Source: Anaerolineales bacterium (GTDB lineage Bacteria; Chloroflexota; Anaerolineae; Anaerolineales; UBA4823). From it: DNA of 64,000 nt. The notes below the pieces were generated by a model. That model saw only the letters and a program-made list of their open reading frames with translations. It did no database searches and was not told where the DNA came from. The DNA lies in the NCBI GenBank assembly GCA_049287485.1, contig JBAQFX010000232.1, positions 2,918 to 66,917 of the forward strand, given 5' to 3'. Made by a program: the position numbers and the translations under genes. Position 1 is the first letter of the stretch. The number at the start of each line of letters is the position of its first letter. Below, piece by piece: positions 55,454 through 64,000 of this stretch.

Positions 55454-55612
55454 AAAATTCTCCTCTAAGTTGTATCGTTTTAGCAAATAACACTAATCTT
55501 TCCACCATCCATGAAGCTGGAATCCATTAATAAGCGACAAAACCAATGGGTGATCTTGAAACCCAGACGAAAAATTTATCGTGGAGCCCGAGTAAGCCTC
55601 AAAATAAGGTGA

Positions 55613-56080
55613 TTAATCCACATGTTCGACCAGATAAGCCTGAAGGCCCATCATCTTGATCTGATCAATTTGAGCTTCCAGCCAATCGACATGGTTCTCC
55701 TCATCGGTAAGGATGGAAACCATTAACTCGCGGCTACCGTTATCCCCAAGCTCAGATGCCAGGCGGATACCATCATTATAACCTTGCACCGCAACGAACT
55801 CAGCAGCCAGATCGTTTGCAAACTGTTTCTCAATATCGGCGCCGATATTGATTTTCTTCAGGTTGCTGACAACCGGCGAGCCATCCAGGAACAGGATGCG
55901 TCCGATCAATCTCTCAGCATGCTTCATCTCGGTAATCGCCCGTTCCTCGACTTTCTTATGCAGCTCTTCATACATCCAGTTATCGCACATTTCGGAATGC
56001 ACCATATATTGGCTTATCGTGGTCAGCTCGTCGGATAGCAGGTCATTTAATTTCGCAATTACCTTCTCATTGCCTTTCAT
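55613..56080 (-). CDS. bfr: bacterioferritin
   Basis: MKGNEKVIAKLNDLLSDELTTISQYMVHS...MKHAERLIGRILFLDG pattern; 155 aa. Confidence 0.8.
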   Translation of the reverse strand: MKGNEKVIAKLNDLLSDELTTISQYMVHSEMCDNWMYEELHKKVEERAITEMKHAERLIGRILFLDGSPVVSNLKKINIGADIEKQFANDLAAEFVAVQGYNDGIRLASELGDNGSRELMVSILTDEENHVDWLEAQIDQIKMMGLQAYLVEHVD

Positions 56081-56261
56081 AGTAAATTACCTCCTTAATA
56101 ATTAGGTGTTCAAATGTCCCATTACTTATTTTGGGCTATTATATAGTTTATCATCATAGCTGGGTAGTAATATTTTTCCTGTGATTGTAATGAACAATAA
56201 CAGGGTCGGATAGCGGTATACGAATTTACTCGTATTGACCTCCCAGACGAGGTTGGTCGAA

Positions 56262-57293
56262 TTAATCGGGCAGCTGTAGGGGAATGCCATCCAGCCAAAG
56301 GCTTGGATGCAACATGACCAGGTCCAGGTGCAGGTTGGAGTGATTCTGCCCTCCAAAACGGTCATTCATGCCAAGGGTGATATGAACCGACCCGTATAGT
56401 TTCTCGTCAAGCATAATATCTCCAGTGAGCACAGTCACGCCAGGGTTCAAGCCAATGCCCAACTCGGCGATGCGGTCTTTATCACCGCTCGAGACCGCCA
56501 GCAGCTCTTCAAGCAGGTGCGCAGATTCAATCATCGGCGCATCGACATGCACCACCCGACCCTTTTCAAAGGTTAACCTGAGGCGATCAACCACCTGACC
56601 TCGGATAAATGCCCGGTCAATCACCGCCAGACCCTCTGCAGAGCTTTCCAGGGGGGCGAGGTATACTTCGCCACGGGGCAAGCCATACTGGTCCTGATGG
56701 ACCGGTCTCCCATTGATCTTGAGATACAGGTCTGCACCCAGGGGGGTGGTGATATGTACCTGCTGGGCACTGGATAACTGTTGAGCGATGCGTGCCTGCA
56801 TATGATCGAGGGCAGCATCATCGATATCGATTGCCTGCCAGTACCTCTCTTGCAGCACATCCAGGGGCAGGCTATAAGCCTCAGCAAGTGCCTGAGTTGG
56901 ATAAATCACAGTGAAGCGCCGGCAGCCAATACGCTCGGCCTCATCGATCAAAGCGATCCATTCGGAGGCCATAGCCCTGCGGCGGGATATCTCTGCACCG
57001 GGGATATGCCCGCTGTGGTCACGCACCTCGATGATAGCGTTGGTATCCTGCAACCAACGCGTCTCATGCTCCGGGATAAGTGCCAGATATTCTTGCGGGA
57101 GCTCAATGGCCACGCGTTTCAAGAATGGTTCCATGATCAAGCGCAGCGTCCAGAATGCACCCCGCGACCGGATGTGATAGGCCAGGGCAGCAATAAAATC
57201 CAATGAATGTGTGCTGGCCCAGATCGATATCACTTCTCCCCGGGAGATACCCAGACGTTCAATGGTTTTAACAGCTAAAGACTCGAGATCCAT
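56262..57293 (-). CDS. aminopeptidase, M29 (AmpS/PepS-like) family
   Basis: 343 aa with a C-terminal ...HITLGMNDRFGGQNHSNLHLDLV... metal-site-like pattern. Confidence 0.55.
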   Translation of the reverse strand: MDLESLAVKTIERLGISRGEVISIWASTHSLDFIAALAYHIRSRGAFWTLRLIMEPFLKRVAIELPQEYLALIPEHETRWLQDTNAIIEVRDHSGHIPGAEISRRRAMASEWIALIDEAERIGCRRFTVIYPTQALAEAYSLPLDVLQERYWQAIDIDDAALDHMQARIAQQLSSAQQVHITTPLGADLYLKINGRPVHQDQYGLPRGEVYLAPLESSAEGLAVIDRAFIRGQVVDRLRLTFEKGRVVHVDAPMIESAHLLEELLAVSSGDKDRIAELGIGLNPGVTVLTGDIMLDEKLYGSVHITLGMNDRFGGQNHSNLHLDLVMLHPSLWLDGIPLQLPD

Positions 57294-57389
57294 GGACCAA
57301 TTTTATCAAGTTTCAAAGCGTGACGAGGCTGAAAATCTGGTAATATTCTAGCCTCAGGCACATTTAACGAATCGAATAAGGAGGATGCC

Positions 57390-58598
57390 TTGATCAGCCC
57401 AGATAAAATCGATGAGTGGATCCACGAGGTGGAGGAAAGACCGGCTTCGGCGGAGCTGATCATCCGCTATATTGCCAATCGATTAAGTGAGCTGACCAGC
57501 CGGGATGAAGAGCTGGTGGCACAAAATATCGAGCTGCTGAGCGGGAGAAAAGTGGAGGAATATGAAAGTCGCATCGCCAGCCTGGAATACCAATTGGAAC
57601 TATTAAAACGCCAGCTGGGTGGTGAGGTGGTCCTGCCAAGCGAAGTGCCTGGACTCACGCCCGTCCATGAGACGGCCAATCTGTTGTTATATAACCCGCT
57701 GGGGCAGGTATTACGCCTGGAAATGGACCCAGCGGATTTCGTTTCTCAGCGCAGCCTTGCCAACCTGACAGGCGAGCTATCTCCGCAGGGGATGCCGCCT
57801 GTGGTACTGGTTACCAGGAAGCAGGAGGAGCTGCTTTTTATATTCGATTCAGGTCGCACAGTGCGGCGCCCGGTAACACAACTGCCCTCCATCCAGCCAG
57901 CTCACCTGGAATGGCAACAGGCATTCACTGAAGAACCCCGCATCAAGGAGGAACTGGCTGCCATCCAACCCATTGGCAGCATGCCGCTCTATGAGATCTG
58001 CCTGCAGACCAGCCGGCGTGGTTATGTGAAGAAAATGAAAACTTCCTTCTTCACCGCTCACCTGGAAGAAGATTATATTGGCTCGGGCGTAAAGTTGAGG
58101 GCAGACAAGACTTGCGGGCTGACTTTTGCCAACCGCGATGACCTGTTTGTCATGGTCAGCCTGGAGGGGTATATCTTCAGCATGCAAGCAGATCGCCTGC
58201 CAGCCGCGATTGAGGCAGTGATCCAGCTGGGAGTAACCGATCACATTGTCTCGACCTTCGTGGTAGGCCAAAAACCATCGGTTTTATTCGTTACACAAAA
58301 TGGCAAGGTGGTCAACCGAGATGTAAGCTGGCTCGATCCAGCAAATTCTTTCAAGACCAAAGGTCAATCCATCCTTTCAAAAGAGCGCCGCCAGCGAGGC
58401 ACTCGCATCGTTGCTGCTGCCCCAGTTGATGAGGGCGATTGGGGAGTATTTCTGCAAGGGGATGGCAACCTCAGCGCTCACAGGCTAGAGGACTTGTTAG
58501 CCACCGGTAGTCTGGCCCCAGGGCTTCCTGAAACTCCACTTTTAAGCTTCTCGGTGTTTCACCTGCCTGATGAAGAGAGGAAATCAGCCCATGAATAA
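57390..58598 (+). CDS. coiled-coil protein with a six-repeat GyrA/ParC C-terminal-domain-like beta-pinwheel
   Basis: TTG start with AAGGAGGA RBS. The N-terminal roughly 80 aa show a heptad-like pattern (ELVAQNIELLSGRKVEEYESRIASLEYQLELLKRQL). Six blades spaced about 50 aa apart read LLLYNPLGQVLRL, LLFIFDSGRTVRR, ICLQTSRRGYVKK, LFVMVSLEGYIFS, VLFVTQNGKVVNR and WGVFLQGDGNLSA. Confidence 0.5.
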   Translation: MISPDKIDEWIHEVEERPASAELIIRYIANRLSELTSRDEELVAQNIELLSGRKVEEYESRIASLEYQLELLKRQLGGEVVLPSEVPGLTPVHETANLLLYNPLGQVLRLEMDPADFVSQRSLANLTGELSPQGMPPVVLVTRKQEELLFIFDSGRTVRRPVTQLPSIQPAHLEWQQAFTEEPRIKEELAAIQPIGSMPLYEICLQTSRRGYVKKMKTSFFTAHLEEDYIGSGVKLRADKTCGLTFANRDDLFVMVSLEGYIFSMQADRLPAAIEAVIQLGVTDHIVSTFVVGQKPSVLFVTQNGKVVNRDVSWLDPANSFKTKGQSILSKERRQRGTRIVAAAPVDEGDWGVFLQGDGNLSAHRLEDLLATGSLAPGLPETPLLSFSVFHLPDEERKSAHE

Positions 58599-58618
58599 GC
58601 TAAACGGTGCAGGATAAG

Positions 58619-59947
58619 ATGGCACTTCACGTGGGGCTTGACTTTGGAACATCCAATTCAGGCGTCGCCATCTACCAGGGCGACCGGGTGCACCTGCTGC
58701 CCATTGATGGTAAAAATATCGTGCCAGAAGTGGTCAAGACCATCCTGTATATCACCCAGGACTTCCAACACTTCATCGGGCAGGAAGCTGTAGAGCTGTA
58801 TTACAAGCAAAATATCAACCGGCAACGCCGTTTTGTAAAGAAATGGAGCGGTGAGATCGATTATCGTGGCGCTGATATGCATTATGTACGCGACATCTAC
58901 ATATACGTGGATGAATTGCAACCGGGCAGGCTATTGCAATTCATCAAGACAGCCTTACGCTCGGAAAAGTACCAGGGCACTCAGGTATTCGAGCGGTATT
59001 ACAGCCTGAGTGATATTATTGCGGCTTACTTCCAGGCGCTGAAGCAACGCGCCGAATCGTTGCTGGGAGAAGAGATCCACGGGGTCACGTTAGGAAGGCC
59101 GGTGAGGTTTTCACAGAATGCTGAGCAGGACCAGAAAGCCCAGGACACCCTGCTCCAGGCTGCCATGGAAGCCGGGTTTAAGCAAGTTGATTTTGAGCTT
59201 GAACCGGTTGCGGCTGCCCTGTACTACGAATTGACCCTGACCCAGCCCCAGAATGTGCTCGTTTTTGACTTTGGTGGCGGCACGCTCGACCTGACCATTA
59301 TGCGCCTGGGCGACCCACACCATCGAGCTGTGTATGCCAGTGGCGGGATCGGCATCGCCGGTAGCGACTTCGACCGTGCCATCATCGAAAAGCGCATGCT
59401 GCCACACTTCGGTAAGGGGCTGGTGCACCACGACCCGGAGATCCTCAAGCTGATCGATACCATACCAGATTGGGCCGCCTTACCAGAACTCTCCACACCA
59501 CGGGCTAAAGCTGAGCTGGAACGGGCAATCCAGGCAGGCGAAGCCCCGGTGAGGCTGAAAGCGCTCGAAGCCATGATCTTCAATGACCTGGCTTTCTCAT
59601 TTTACAATATGGTCGAAGCGACCAAAATCACATTATCCAGCCTGGGTGTGGCGATTGCCAGGATGAAGGAAAAAGACCTGGATATCTGGGAGCTGTACAC
59701 ACGCAGCCAATTTGAAAAAGATATCCGGGAACACCACCAGCAAGTAGAAGAGGTCCTGTTGGATACCGTATCTGCTTCAGGCCTGGAACCTGAACAAATT
59801 GATGCAGTGGTGAAGACCGGTGGGTCATCCAATATCCCGGCGTTTTCCGATATGCTGGGTAAGATATTTGGCATTGATAAAGTAAAATCATCAGACATAT
59901 TCAACAGCGTGACCGCGGGCCTGGCGATTAAAGCCTATCAGAAATAA
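58619..59947 (+). CDS. Hsp70-family ATPase, nucleotide-binding domain only (YegD-like)
   Basis: GLDFGTSNS (phosphate 1), VFDFGGGTLDLT (phosphate 2) and KTGGSSNIP (adenosine motif). The 442 aa contain no Hsp70 substrate-binding domain. Confidence 0.75.
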   Translation: MALHVGLDFGTSNSGVAIYQGDRVHLLPIDGKNIVPEVVKTILYITQDFQHFIGQEAVELYYKQNINRQRRFVKKWSGEIDYRGADMHYVRDIYIYVDELQPGRLLQFIKTALRSEKYQGTQVFERYYSLSDIIAAYFQALKQRAESLLGEEIHGVTLGRPVRFSQNAEQDQKAQDTLLQAAMEAGFKQVDFELEPVAAALYYELTLTQPQNVLVFDFGGGTLDLTIMRLGDPHHRAVYASGGIGIAGSDFDRAIIEKRMLPHFGKGLVHHDPEILKLIDTIPDWAALPELSTPRAKAELERAIQAGEAPVRLKALEAMIFNDLAFSFYNMVEATKITLSSLGVAIARMKEKDLDIWELYTRSQFEKDIREHHQQVEEVLLDTVSASGLEPEQIDAVVKTGGSSNIPAFSDMLGKIFGIDKVKSSDIFNSVTAGLAIKAYQK

Positions 59948-60100
59948 TGGCTCGACAGCAATGTAGTGGGACTGTTGGATCAAGTTTAATCGAACTCTTA
60001 TCCCTCAATCGGTTTCTTTGGTTATAATCTAAATTACACCAACCTTATCCGCTATACGACTTAATTTATTGGGTGACTTTTTACAAAAAAAGAGGGACAT

Positions 60101-60568
60101 ATGGCTAAAAAAGTAGATTTTGACCTGCAGGCTGTGCATAAATACTTCTCGGCAGAGTGCTTCAACCGGGCATGGGATTATATCGATAAACCTGTTCGAA
60201 ATGAGAGTGAAGAGGACAATATGTTGCAGTTAAGCCTGGCCTCCCTATGGCATTGGACGCAAAGGAAAGACTGCACGTCAACTAATCTGTCCATAGGCTA
60301 CTGGCAGGTATCCAGGGTCTACGCATTGCTCCGCCAGGCCGATAATGCCAGGCGCTACGGCAAGCTATGCCTGGAAGCCGCGCAAGGAGAAGAGATATTA
60401 CCCTATTACCGGGGTGCGGCTTATGAGGCATTAGCTCGGGCCGAGATGGTCGCCGGGAAACAGGATGAAATGGAGAAATACCTGATCCAGGCACATCAGA
60501 TTGCGGCTTCACTGCCTGACCCGGAAGCAAAAAAGATGCTGTTACAAGACCTGGCAACCATCCGCTAA
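60101..60568 (+). CDS. hypothetical protein (helical, TPR-like appearance)
   Basis: 155-aa ORF with AGAGGG RBS. No family recognised. Confidence 0.5.
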   Translation: MAKKVDFDLQAVHKYFSAECFNRAWDYIDKPVRNESEEDNMLQLSLASLWHWTQRKDCTSTNLSIGYWQVSRVYALLRQADNARRYGKLCLEAAQGEEILPYYRGAAYEALARAEMVAGKQDEMEKYLIQAHQIAASLPDPEAKKMLLQDLATIR

Positions 60569-60662
60569 GAGGGCTGATAAGCATCTGATTAATTTCATTG
60601 CGTAGATATTCTTTCTCCAGCCGCGCCTTTCCAGCAAGCTTGAGCGGGGTTAAAATCCCATT

Positions 60663-63600
60663 ATGGGATTCATTCACCTGCGCTCCCATTCATATTACTC
60701 ATTATTACGTGGGTTAGCCTCACCACATACACTGGCTGAGACGGCTGCCCAAATGGGGATGCCCGCCTTGGGATGTACCGACCACCACTGCCTGAGCGGT
60801 GCGGTGGAGTTCCAGGATGCTTGCACGCAAGTTGGGATCCATCCCATCCTGGGCCTGGAGGTGGACACGGCTCTACCAAGTGATATGCTTGAGCCTCAAC
60901 CAGGAACAATCATCCTGCTGGCGATGGATATGAGCGGGTGGCGCAGCTTATGCCGGATCAGCAGTAGCCTGGCCGGGGATGCAGATACACTTCCATTCGA
61001 AAAGCTGGTAGAAGAGTCTGATGGGTTGTTGTGCCTGACGGGAGGTCGCAGAGGGGCATTGAGCAGGCTGGTGGCTGCCAGGCGGCGCCGCCTGGTAGAA
61101 AGCTGGACAGCACACCTGGATGAGCTATTCCCCGGCCGCTTATACATTGAATTACAGAACCATGCTCCCGAAGACCTCGAACTGTGTGTGAACCTGAGCA
61201 GCATGGCCCACCGTCTGCACCTGCCCACGGTTGCCACCCATGACATTCACTACCTTACCCCAGATGAAGCTCACCTGCAGCAGGTAGTAACCTCCATCAG
61301 GTTGACCAAACCGCTTAAAGAGCTTGACCAGAGCGCCATCGCACCACCGCAGGCTGAGTTTATTGCCGCCGAGAATATGGCAGAACGCATGCCTAACTTC
61401 CCACAGGCACTGGAAGCCACGCAGGAGATTGCCGAGCGCTGCCAGCTGGAATTGCCTTTGGGTGTGCTGCACTTCCCGGATATTCCCCTGCCAGAAGGTA
61501 TAACGGGAGAGCAATTATTGCGTCAGAAAGCCCACTCGGGGGCAATCCGGCTGTACGGGCAGGTCTCTCCACAACTGGAAACTCGCCTCGAACACGAATT
61601 ATCGGTGATTGGTGAGTACGGCTATACCTCCCTGTTCCTGATCATGGAAGAAATCCTCAACTACGCCCGCCAGCAGGGAATTCCATTCTCCTCGCGTGGC
61701 TCAGCAGCCTCGTCGCTGGTGGCGCACTGCCTTGGGATCACCTCCCCAGACCCCATGCGGTTGAACCTGTATTTCGAGCGCTTCCTGAACCCGGCCCGCC
61801 TCACCCCACCGGATATCGATACCGATCTGTGTTCACGCCGGCGCGATGAAGTGATCCACTTCGTTTACCAGCGCTTTGGTGAAGACCAGGTGGCCACAGT
61901 CTGCACAATCAACCGCTTCCGCAGCCGCTCAGCCTTACGCGAGGTGGCTAAGGCCTATGGCTTGCCCCCGGAGCAGGTGAGCCGCCTGACAGACAGCTTG
62001 CCATACCGTTGGTATGGTCCCTCCAGGCGCGGAGGCGGTGCTGAAGACCCCTTCGCTGAGTTAAGCGAACAATACCGCTCAGCTACCCATCAGGCGATCT
62101 TCAAGGATGCTGCTGCGCTGATTGAAATACCACACCACCTCTCTGTTCACCCCGGGGGAGTGGTAATCAGCCCCGGTCCGCTCACCGACCTGGCACCCAC
62201 CCAGATGGCATCCAAGGGGGTGGTGATCACCCAATTCGACCTGGATTCTATCGAACGGTTGGGCTTGGTTAAGATCGACCTGCTAGGAATCCGCGGGCTT
62301 TCTGTATTGGGAGACGTGGTAGAAATCCTGGCCCGAGAAAAGCACGCTGAAGTATCACACTCCGGACCATCTATACTCACAGAAATATTGGAGACCATCC
62401 CCATTGAAGACCAGGATGTGAGCCAGATGGTCAGTCAGGGGAAGACGATCGGGTGTTTCCAGATCGAAAGCCCGGGTATGCGTGCCACACTAAAGGAGAT
62501 CAATGCACGGACCGTGGATGATATCATGGTGGCGCTGTCACTCTATCGCCCAGGACCACTCACCGGAGGGCTGAAGGATGCTTTTGTGCGCCGGCATTTG
62601 GGCAAGGAAGCTACCGAATACTTGCACCCTGCCCTGAGCGGTCTGTTGGCAGATACCTATGGGGTCATCCTGTACCAGGAACAGGTGCTGCGTATTGCCC
62701 ACGAGCTGGCCGGCCTTTCCCTGGCAGATGCTGACTTGCTACGCCGAGCAATGTCTCATTTTGATCCAGGTAAGCAGATGCAGACACTCAAGCAGAAATT
62801 TGTGGCAGGCGCCTGGGAGAGGCACCAGGTGCCGGAAGAGATCGCCAACCACATCTGGGAATTAATGGCAGCCTTTTCAGGATACGGCTTTCCAAAGGCT
62901 CACGCCGCCTCCTATGCCCAGGTCAGCTGGCGCTCTGCCTGGTGTAAAGCGCATTACCCGGCATTTTTCATGGCTGCCGTACTGGCGAACTGGGGAGGCT
63001 ATTACAGCCAGCGCATCTACATGAACGAAGCCCGCCGCATGGGATTGAAGCTTCGACCGCCTGAGGTCAACCATGCAAGGCATGAATTCAGTGTCAGGGT
63101 TCTAGAGGGAGAGCCAGTATTGTTCATGGGGCTGGATCAGGTGCGTGAGCTGACCCAGCGCACCCAAACCCAAATCGTACAACAACGCCCGTTCAGCTCG
63201 CTGGCTGATTTCCTGGCAAAGGTTGACCCACGCCCGATTGAAGCGGAGAATCTGGCAAGAGTTGGAGCTCTACAGGACTTCGGCACAATCCCCAGCCTGC
63301 TTCAACAACTGGAACACGGCGGCTGGCAAGGAGGTCAGCTACCCTTGTTTTCTCTGGGTGAGGGCACTCCTGAAGATTGGAGCTTGGAACAGAAAGTGGC
63401 TGCACAGGAAGAGCTGTTGGGTACAGGGGTAATTGCCCACCCACTGGAGCTGGTGAAGGAACAGATTGCCTTGGCAGGAGCGCTCACCACCGTGGAGGCG
63501 GTAGCTCGATTGGAGCAACATGTGCGCGTGGCCGGTGTACGCCAGATCTGGCGTCGCAGCCTGACCACGCGTGGAGAATATATCTACTTTATGTCACTGG

Positions 63601-63767
63601 AAGACCTGGAAGGAATGCTGGACGTGGTGATCACTTCCGAGGTCTACCGTCGGTCGAAAGCAGCATTATCCACCCCGGGACCATATATCGTGGAAGGTCG
63701 GGTGGAACTGAACAGCCAGCGCGGCGAGCCGTTCATCCGTGCTGAGCGTATCTGGGCGATCAGGTGA
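60663..63767 (+). CDS. dnaE: DNA polymerase III alpha subunit (DnaE family), 1034 aa
   Basis: PHP N-terminus FIHLRSHSYYSLL, PDIDTD catalytic motif, LGLVKIDLLG, FPKAHAASYA, and a C-terminal OB fold. Confidence 0.85.
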   Translation: MGFIHLRSHSYYSLLRGLASPHTLAETAAQMGMPALGCTDHHCLSGAVEFQDACTQVGIHPILGLEVDTALPSDMLEPQPGTIILLAMDMSGWRSLCRISSSLAGDADTLPFEKLVEESDGLLCLTGGRRGALSRLVAARRRRLVESWTAHLDELFPGRLYIELQNHAPEDLELCVNLSSMAHRLHLPTVATHDIHYLTPDEAHLQQVVTSIRLTKPLKELDQSAIAPPQAEFIAAENMAERMPNFPQALEATQEIAERCQLELPLGVLHFPDIPLPEGITGEQLLRQKAHSGAIRLYGQVSPQLETRLEHELSVIGEYGYTSLFLIMEEILNYARQQGIPFSSRGSAASSLVAHCLGITSPDPMRLNLYFERFLNPARLTPPDIDTDLCSRRRDEVIHFVYQRFGEDQVATVCTINRFRSRSALREVAKAYGLPPEQVSRLTDSLPYRWYGPSRRGGGAEDPFAELSEQYRSATHQAIFKDAAALIEIPHHLSVHPGGVVISPGPLTDLAPTQMASKGVVITQFDLDSIERLGLVKIDLLGIRGLSVLGDVVEILAREKHAEVSHSGPSILTEILETIPIEDQDVSQMVSQGKTIGCFQIESPGMRATLKEINARTVDDIMVALSLYRPGPLTGGLKDAFVRRHLGKEATEYLHPALSGLLADTYGVILYQEQVLRIAHELAGLSLADADLLRRAMSHFDPGKQMQTLKQKFVAGAWERHQVPEEIANHIWELMAAFSGYGFPKAHAASYAQVSWRSAWCKAHYPAFFMAAVLANWGGYYSQRIYMNEARRMGLKLRPPEVNHARHEFSVRVLEGEPVLFMGLDQVRELTQRTQTQIVQQRPFSSLADFLAKVDPRPIEAENLARVGALQDFGTIPSLLQQLEHGGWQGGQLPLFSLGEGTPEDWSLEQKVAAQEELLGTGVIAHPLELVKEQIALAGALTTVEAVARLEQHVRVAGVRQIWRRSLTTRGEYIYFMSLEDLEGMLDVVITSEVYRRSKAALSTPGPYIVEGRVELNSQRGEPFIRAERIWAIR

Positions 63768-64000
63768 CCAAACTGTCATAGCATCAGGGGTGAGGCTGGT
63801 TGAAGTAGGTGTAACAATAAATCCTATCTCTTTAAGCGATGATTACTTCTTTCCAAATTTGTTATTGCGTAAAGGAATACGCGCGTTTCCATCAACCAGC
63901 TTCTTAGTGTTAAGCGTCTCTTCTACCTACTTGCACCCAATGATATTGTTGGCATGTAGGTGGACAGTATCATATACTTTTCTGTAAGCAGCCAGTCACT

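Noticed and set aside
56081-56261. Possible Fur box upstream of bfr (revcomp ...GCTATGATGATAAACTATATAAT...).
   Set aside because: It shows only a weak, partial resemblance to the TGATAATnATTATCA consensus. I cannot support a call without a scoring matrix.
63739-63987. 82-aa ORF overlapping the end of dnaE and running into the terminal AT-rich region.
   Set aside because: It overlaps the dnaE 3' end out of frame and has a low-complexity translation. I also tested one minus-strand frame here and it is broken by stops, so no gene can be supported before the window ends.

Overview
This 64-kb chromosomal window is gene-dense, with about 57 protein-coding genes. I found no rRNA, tRNA or CRISPR array by eye. 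Gene content points to a Chloroflexota (Anaerolineae-like) host. This is an inference from the MSMEG_4193/DUF3090/SCO1664 trio, split B12/MeaB genes, acyl-CoA carboxylase genes, an oversized SecA and roughly 55-60% GC in the core genes. Housekeeping genes include murI, accC plus a biotinyl carrier, a carboxyltransferase, secA, mutM, meaB, bfr, rubrerythrin and dnaE. All family calls rest on motif recognition by eye, not on database searches. The strongest finding is at 12.7-17.4 kb: a degenerate integron. It consists of an in-frame remnant of an integron-integrase N-terminus carrying three nonsense codons on the minus strand, a candidate attI GTTGAAC core, and four plus-strand cassettes. Each cassette ends in a 121-130 bp attC-like imperfect palindrome. 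One cassette carries its own MerR-type promoter/operator. Other notable items follow. (1) A 1538-aa protein fuses a YfhO-like module to a GT39/ArnT-like GT-C module and is translationally coupled to a GT2. (2) A coiled-coil/GyrA-CTD-like beta-pinwheel protein is paired with an Hsp70-like ATPase that lacks a substrate-binding domain. (3) Two tandem, translationally coupled, divergent AlaDH/PNT-fold paralogs lie between long non-coding regions. (4) An acyl-CoA dehydrogenase is interrupted by a single TAG at a conserved Gln. (5) Two dispersed intergenic repeat families and one 3x24-bp tandem repeat are present. (6) An AT-rich island carries a streptothricin-acetyltransferase-like gene.
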